A stretch of 54,555 nucleotides of DNA from an uncultured Gammaproteobacteria bacterium (GTDB lineage: Bacteria; Pseudomonadota; Gammaproteobacteria; Pseudomonadales; Azotimanducaceae), in assembly GCA_913052075.1 (NCBI GenBank), contig CAJXDD010000001.1, forward strand, positions 1 to 54,555, given 5' to 3'. The stretch's first letter is position 1, and each line of letters opens with the position of its first letter. The position numbers and the translations under genes are program-made. Of this stretch, positions 49,741 through 54,555 are shown piece by piece. The notes beneath the pieces are model-generated. The model was not told where the DNA came from, made no database searches, and saw nothing but the letters and a program-made list of their open reading frames with translations.

Positions 49741-51517
49741 CGTACTGAGCGAATTTCACTTTTTGCGCCCTATCTGGCTGGTTGGACTGCTGGCGCTACC
49801 TATTCTCATCTGGCTCTTGCACCGACTCGTTGCACGAGCAAGCGCCTGGCGCGACGTGCTTGATAATGATCTTGCAGAGCCTTTACTCGTCAGTCGTGGC
49901 CAGCGCAGCCGACTTCGCCCTCTCCCCCTTTTGACCGCGGTCTGGCTGCTCACGGTGATCGCGCTCGCCGGGCCCACCTGGGAAAAAGCGCCACAACCTA
50001 TCGTGGTGCGCGAGGACGCCTTGGTCGTCATTCTCGATCTGACTTGGAGCATGTACGCCACCGACGCTGCGCCTAATCGACTCACTGTAGCGAAGCGAAA
50101 ATTGGAGGATCTGCTAGCGAGACGCACAGAAGGAATGACGGGACTCATCACTTTCGCAGGTGATGCGCACGCCGTCACGCCGCTAACAGACGACACGGAA
50201 ACCATCAGAACACTGCTCCCTGCCTTAAAGCCCGACATCATGCCTGCTCCAGGCAGCCGACTCGCACCAGCACTCACCCTTGCACGGCAGCTTTTCGAGC
50301 AAGCCAATGTCTCCTCAGGTCGCGTGCTTGTGATGACTGACGAAATCAGGGATGCGTCTGAAGCGCGCGCGGCGGCTCAATCGCTGGGCGGAGCATTCAG
50401 CCTATCGCTGCTCGTTATCGGAACCAGTGAAGGGGCACCTATTTCCATTCAAACAAATGGCCAGTCGAGCTTCTTAAAAGATGATGCAGGCAATCTAGTC
50501 CTGCCTGGCGTCGACATTGAAGCGCTGAGCGCGTTCGCGAGCGATTCAAACGCGTTAATCAGCGCCTTAACACTCGGGCCAGAGGATCTTGACCGATTAA
50601 TTCCGGCGAATCTCGAGCTCGACGATGTGTTTCGATCCCTCGATCGAGAATTTGATCTATGGCGCGAATTTGGTGCTTATTTGCTTCTGCTCATCGTGCC
50701 CCTTGCTGCCATGGGGTTTAGGCGGGGATGGTTGTGGGGCCTTGTACCACTGCTACTTGTTCAGACCCCGCCAGCCAGCGCATCTTGGTGGGACGATCTC
50801 TGGCAGACCAAAGACCAACAAGGCGCAGCAGCGTTTAACGCAGGGGAACCCAAACGCGCCGCAGAGTTGTTTCAAGCCAATGAATGGAAAGGAACAGCGC
50901 ATTACCGAGCGGGAGACTTTGCCGCTGCCGCAGAGCAATATTCAGAGAGCGCCACACTCGATGATCGATACAACCTGGGCAACGCGCTGGCCCGGATGGG
51001 AGAAACAGAAGCCGCTATTGATGCCTATTCCCAGGTACTAGCTGAAGACCCATCTTTCGAGGATGCCGCCTTCAACAAAGCACTGCTTGAGCAAATGCAG
51101 CAAAACGAGCAGCAGCAGGATCAACAGAACGAGGAAGGAGATGGAGACCCTTCTGATCAGCAGCAAGACTCGGGCGATCAAAGTGAAACAGAGGGTGAGC
51201 AGTCAGCGCCAGAAGACGCATCGGAGTCCGACTCGGGAAATGAATCAGAGCAATCTGATAACACAGAAGAAGAAAACCCAAGCGATCCGACCGACCAGGC
51301 TGAACCCGAGGGCGAGCCCGAGAGCGAATCTGAGGCCGGTGAAGCTGAGACCGCAGAGGAAGCGCTCGATCCTGAACAGCAACAGGCCATGGAACAATGG
51401 CTGAAGCGCGTACCTGATGACCCTGGCGGACTGCTTCGCCGAAAGTTCCAACAACAATTCGAAGATCGGGTTCGACGAGGCGACATCACCCGCAAAGATT
51501 TTGAGAGAAACTGGTAA
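49733..51517 (+). CDS. VWA + TPR fusion protein (BatB/BatC-like) with a polyacidic segment
   Basis: N-terminal TM segments, a VWA-like region (VILDLTWSM, VMTDE), a TM helix, TPR-like repeats (YNLGNALARMGETEAAIDAYSQVL), a roughly 100-aa D/E/Q/S-rich stretch, and a basic C-terminal WLKRVPDDPGGLLRRKF. The ATG at 49733 overlaps the batA stop (ATGCCTGA). Confidence 0.8.
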   Translation: MPDVLSEFHFLRPIWLVGLLALPILIWLLHRLVARASAWRDVLDNDLAEPLLVSRGQRSRLRPLPLLTAVWLLTVIALAGPTWEKAPQPIVVREDALVVILDLTWSMYATDAAPNRLTVAKRKLEDLLARRTEGMTGLITFAGDAHAVTPLTDDTETIRTLLPALKPDIMPAPGSRLAPALTLARQLFEQANVSSGRVLVMTDEIRDASEARAAAQSLGGAFSLSLLVIGTSEGAPISIQTNGQSSFLKDDAGNLVLPGVDIEALSAFASDSNALISALTLGPEDLDRLIPANLELDDVFRSLDREFDLWREFGAYLLLLIVPLAAMGFRRGWLWGLVPLLLVQTPPASASWWDDLWQTKDQQGAAAFNAGEPKRAAELFQANEWKGTAHYRAGDFAAAAEQYSESATLDDRYNLGNALARMGETEAAIDAYSQVLAEDPSFEDAAFNKALLEQMQQNEQQQDQQNEEGDGDPSDQQQDSGDQSETEGEQSAPEDASESDSGNESEQSDNTEEENPSDPTDQAEPEGEPESESEAGEAETAEEALDPEQQQAMEQWLKRVPDDPGGLLRRKFQQQFEDRVRRGDITRKDFERNW

Positions 51518-51521
51518 CCCT

Positions 51522-53165
51522 ATGCGACTTATCCTCACCGTCATTTTATTTTTGGGACTGACAACCTCGGCCGTAATCGCGCAAGGGGCAGTCACCGCAA
51601 CAGTCGATCGAAACCAGATCACGGAATTTGACTTGCTGACCCTTACCTTGCGAGTCACGGGCGACAATACCAGCGAGCCCGACCCCTCACCGCTAGAACG
51701 TAACTTTGAGATCGTTGGCCAGCAGTCCCAGCAAAACAGCTCGATCTCTATCATCAATGGCCAGCAATCCCGTCGCTCTTACGTCGACCACGTGTTCACG
51801 CTTCGTCCCAAGACCATGGGCAGACTCAGCATCCCATCCCTTACCGTGGGAACCGAGCAAACGAGCCCCATTCCTATTTCCGTTGTTGCTCGGTCCCAAG
51901 CCGCTAAAGATCGAATGCAGCAAATTTTATTTTTCGAGACGCTAGTAAGTGAGCCTGCGGTTTATGTGCAAGGCCAACTGATCTACACCGTCAGGCTCTA
52001 CTACGCAGATTCTATTTCGGGCGATTTTCCAGCGCCGCCGGCGCCCGTCGATACCATTGTCGAAATCCTGGTAGATGAGAAGCGATTCGAGACCATCTTC
52101 AACAACAAGCGCTACTACGTGCTCGAAAAACAGTACGCACTGTTTCCGCAACAAAGTGGTGAGCTTGTTTTAGCGCCTGAGACATTCATCGGAACTCGCG
52201 GCCGGGGCGGCATTTTTTCAAGCCGAGAGAGAGTCAGCGCCGTCTCCAAAGGGCACTCCATTACTGTTAAGCCCCAACCCGCTAGCTTTACCGGGCGGTC
52301 GTGGCTGCCAGCCCAGGCCTTCTCGGGAGAGCAGGTCATCAACTTGCCCGATGGGCTACCTAAAGTGGGTGACCCCATCAATCGGGTAATCGAACTGAAA
52401 GGCGGTGGTATCTCAGGCGCGCTCATACCCGACATTACGCTCCTTGAACCGCCAGGCGCCCGCGTCTATCTCGATCAACCTGTGACTGAGGAATTTTCGG
52501 ATGCGCGAGGCCTCAGCGCGGAGTCCTCCATTACGGCTGGAATCGTGCCGACCGAGCCAGGCGAACTCATCCTGGAGGAGATCCGCATCCCTTGGTGGAA
52601 CACGGTACTTGACCGTGAGGAGGTTGTAGTCTTACCCGAGCGGACCATTCAAGTACTGCCCGCGCAATTGACTTCCGATCCTTTTGCGACGGCGCCCGCC
52701 TCACCAAACCCAACTGAAACCTACGATCATCCAGGCCTGCTCCTAGAGCTCCGCATTTGGCAGGGTATCAGCCTCATTCTCGGGTTGGGATGGCTCTTTT
52801 ATTACGCCATTAAACGGGAACCATCCATACCCGCTCCGGTTAGTGATGCGCCCGCAGCTTCCTTTGAGCTCGGCACATTGAAGCGAGCCTGCCGGTCGGG
52901 CGATCCTAGGCGCGCCTTTGCCCAGCTCCGCAGTTGGCAACAATCTCGATTCGAAGATGCCAGCTCGCTCTCAGGATTGATTGAACGTTATCCAATGCTC
53001 GCAACGCCCATCCAACACCTTGAACAGTCTCTCTATGGCGGCGGCGAGGCCTCGGCATGGCAAGGTGATGCGCTACTCGCTGCAGTGCTCGAAGTGGATG
53101 CGAAGGCCATTAGACGCGCAGCGCCTGCGAGCTCACTCGTTGCCCACTTAAATCCGCAATCATAA
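51522..53165 (+). CDS. batD: BatD-like protein (oxygen-tolerance family)
   Basis: Signal peptide MRLILTVILFLGLTTSAVIAQG, ATVDRNQITEFDLLTLTLRV, repeated beta-rich domains, and one C-terminal TM helix (ISLILGLGWLFYYAI). I prefer the ATG at 51522 to the ORF-track start at 51417. Confidence 0.8.
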   Translation: MRLILTVILFLGLTTSAVIAQGAVTATVDRNQITEFDLLTLTLRVTGDNTSEPDPSPLERNFEIVGQQSQQNSSISIINGQQSRRSYVDHVFTLRPKTMGRLSIPSLTVGTEQTSPIPISVVARSQAAKDRMQQILFFETLVSEPAVYVQGQLIYTVRLYYADSISGDFPAPPAPVDTIVEILVDEKRFETIFNNKRYYVLEKQYALFPQQSGELVLAPETFIGTRGRGGIFSSRERVSAVSKGHSITVKPQPASFTGRSWLPAQAFSGEQVINLPDGLPKVGDPINRVIELKGGGISGALIPDITLLEPPGARVYLDQPVTEEFSDARGLSAESSITAGIVPTEPGELILEEIRIPWWNTVLDREEVVVLPERTIQVLPAQLTSDPFATAPASPNPTETYDHPGLLLELRIWQGISLILGLGWLFYYAIKREPSIPAPVSDAPAASFELGTLKRACRSGDPRRAFAQLRSWQQSRFEDASSLSGLIERYPMLATPIQHLEQSLYGGGEASAWQGDALLAAVLEVDAKAIRRAAPASSLVAHLNPQS

Positions 53166-53315
53166 TCGCGCCGCGGGCCGCATCAGACGCGTTGAAGGTC
53201 TCTCCGAGGTGAGCTACGGTCAGTGACAGCTCATCGCTATTCGCCAAATCTCCTAGCCACTCCTAGCCATGAGAGGCCAAGCGAGAAGCCGACCGGTAAA
53301 CAAATAGCCGCCACA

Positions 53316-54260
53316 TCACGCTTCAGTGGATGGCGCGTCAAGGCTCTTGTTGACCACCTCAAACACGTCAGTTGAGAGCGAATCCTGGCTTTGAATGCGC
53401 TCTAGCGCCCCACGCATCAATGCTTGACGACTCGAATCAAACTTTCGCCATCTTGTTAGTGGGCCGAGCATACGCGCCGCCATCTGCGGGTTAAATTGAT
53501 CCAACTTGATCACGGTATCTGCTAGCAGCGCATACCCATCGCCGGAAGCCTCATGGAATCCCGCCATGTTCTGACCCGCAAACCCGCCCAGCACACTTCT
53601 CATTCGGTTGGGCACCTCTAAGGTGTAATCGGCGTGCGACATTAACGCCTTTACCATATCGACTGCATCTGAGCCCGCGCCAGCCGCTTGAATCGAGAAC
53701 CAAAGATCCATCACCAAGGCATCTTTCTCTCCCTTAGTATAGAAATCAGCAAGCATCCAATCACGCGCCGCTTTCGCTGACGGCAGCTCGCAACCAACGA
53801 CTGAGCGGAGGGCGCCTGCCCACAGAGTCATGTTGTCTGCTGATCGGTAAATGTCCTCCGCGAGTGAGACTGCGTTGTCATGACTAGAGGCGAGCAAGTA
53901 ATCCAAACAGATCGTCACAATCGCGCGCCGCCCAACCGCGCTTGGCGTCATTTCAAACGGCGCCTCTGATCGAGCTGCAGCCACTGCACCAATCAACTCA
54001 TCGTACAAGTCATCGGCCACGATGGATTTGGCGGCCTTGCGGGCAGCGTCGTATTCCCTGCGGGCAGTCTCCAGATTTCCGGATGCCGCTGCAGCATCAC
54101 CGCGAGCGATCATCGAGCGCACGGCCGAGGGGTTGAAACCATTGCTGCTGCTGGCCAGAACCCGATCGCTCGAGGCTGCTCCCTGAGCCACGACTGGGGT
54201 TGCAGACAGGCCCAGGCTCGCCATCAGCGCTGCAGCGGTGAGCAGGGAACGACAACCCAT
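53316..54260 (-). CDS. Aminopeptidase N C-terminal domain only (DUF3458_C-like), behind a signal-peptide-like N-terminus. Probably a pepN remnant or chimeric ORF.
   Basis: The last roughly 230 aa (SAVGRRAIVTICLDYL...NMT...LVMDLWFSIQA...NRMRSVLGGFAG...FNPQMAARMLGPLTRWRKFDSSRQALMRGALERI) are colinear with the C-terminus of E. coli PepN. The roughly 600-aa catalytic part is absent. The ATG at 54258-54260 gives MGCRSLLTAAALMASLGLSATPVVAQG. See the finding on the breakpoint. Confidence 0.6.
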   Translation of the reverse strand: MGCRSLLTAAALMASLGLSATPVVAQGAASSDRVLASSSNGFNPSAVRSMIARGDAAAASGNLETARREYDAARKAAKSIVADDLYDELIGAVAAARSEAPFEMTPSAVGRRAIVTICLDYLLASSHDNAVSLAEDIYRSADNMTLWAGALRSVVGCELPSAKAARDWMLADFYTKGEKDALVMDLWFSIQAAGAGSDAVDMVKALMSHADYTLEVPNRMRSVLGGFAGQNMAGFHEASGDGYALLADTVIKLDQFNPQMAARMLGPLTRWRKFDSSRQALMRGALERIQSQDSLSTDVFEVVNKSLDAPSTEA

Positions 54261-54288
54261 GGGGCTAAGAAGTTTGAAGACGCGGACT

Positions 54289-54555
54289 TTAAAAGGATTC
54301 AAGAGGCCTGCCCACTGCCTCACGGGCCGCTTGTTCAGCCGCATGCATGCAATCGGCGAGGCACTGATTGAATCGCACGCCGGCGGCGCGGTCACCGGCG
54401 TCCGGCACGGTCATCGGTGCACCGAAGCAGAGGGCCGCACGGCCGAAGGGCCGGGGCGGGGCACCGCCGTAGCCGATTCCGATGGGAACAATCGGCACGT
54501 GTACACCCTGGCGTTGCGCCAGCTGGGCCAGGCGCATCAGGCCCTGATGCAGACG
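54289..54555 (-). CDS. Lysophospholipid (PlsC-family) acyltransferase, C-terminal fragment (the gene continues beyond the right edge)
   Basis: The frame is open to the window edge. ...HQGLMRLAQLAQRQGVHVPIVPIGIGYG resembles block III-IV of 1-acyl-sn-glycerol-3-phosphate acyltransferases (G..RLA...G.PIVPV.I.G). This segment is about 70% GC. Confidence 0.5.
   Translation of the reverse strand, partial: RLHQGLMRLAQLAQRQGVHVPIVPIGIGYGGAPPRPFGRAALCFGAPMTVPDAGDRAAGVRFNQCLADCMHAAEQAAREAVGRPLESF

Noticed and set aside
1-54555. Looked on both strands for CRISPR-like regular repeats, IS/transposase/integrase/phage genes, rRNA and tRNA genes, and toxin-antitoxin or known defence-system signatures.
   Set aside because: No regularly spaced direct repeats. 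None of the ORFs of 60 aa or more resembles a recombinase or defence protein. I could find no tRNA cloverleaf. The region reads as conserved chromosomal core.

Overview
This 54.5-kb window looks like chromosomal core DNA from a roughly 50% GC gammaproteobacterium. I see no rRNA, tRNA, CRISPR array, transposase, integrase or phage genes. Almost every long ORF matches a recognisable housekeeping family.

Gene content from left to right:
- yheU (partial), ttcA, a polysaccharide deacetylase, the tesA<>ybbA-ybbP module, a DUF45/M48 peptidase, bolA, and yaaA coupled to an ATP-NAD-kinase-like gene.
- A NUDIX hydrolase, a c-type cytochrome, an orphan HAMP histidine kinase, and a Tat-exported IorAB-type molybdoenzyme.
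- The complete Na+-NQR operon nqrABCDEF, long-form GAPDH, mfd, csiV-like, sapC, and mscS.
- A secreted SPOR-like protein divergent from lexA (perfect SOS box), then topA and a gamma-glutamylcyclotransferase-like gene.
- A membrane hypothetical, usp, slt, tatD, a glutaredoxin-like gene, SMP-30, ddl and amt.
- A six-gene MoxR/DUF58/DUF4381/VWA/VWA-TPR/BatD (Bat-type) cluster.
- At the right edge, a 5'-truncated pepN remnant next to a markedly GC-richer acyltransferase fragment.

From memory, the order nqr-gap-mfd-csiV...lexA...topA matches the Pseudomonas aeruginosa PA2994-PA3011 neighbourhood. That suggests a Pseudomonadales/Cellvibrionales-like marine gammaproteobacterium.

I found no convincing novel multi-gene system. 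The observations most worth a second look are:
- the lexA-divergent secreted SPOR-like gene, with no sulA next to lexA;
- the compositional and gene-structure breakpoint at about 54.0-54.3 kb;
- two roughly 1-kb ORF-free, non-AT-rich spacers (36.6-37.6 kb and 45.3-46.2 kb);
- unusually long spacers inside the nqr operon, with no apbE/nqrM downstream;
- the tightly coupled Bat-type cluster, whose fused VWA-TPR protein carries a roughly 100-aa polyacidic segment.

All family calls come from reading motifs by eye. No database search was run.
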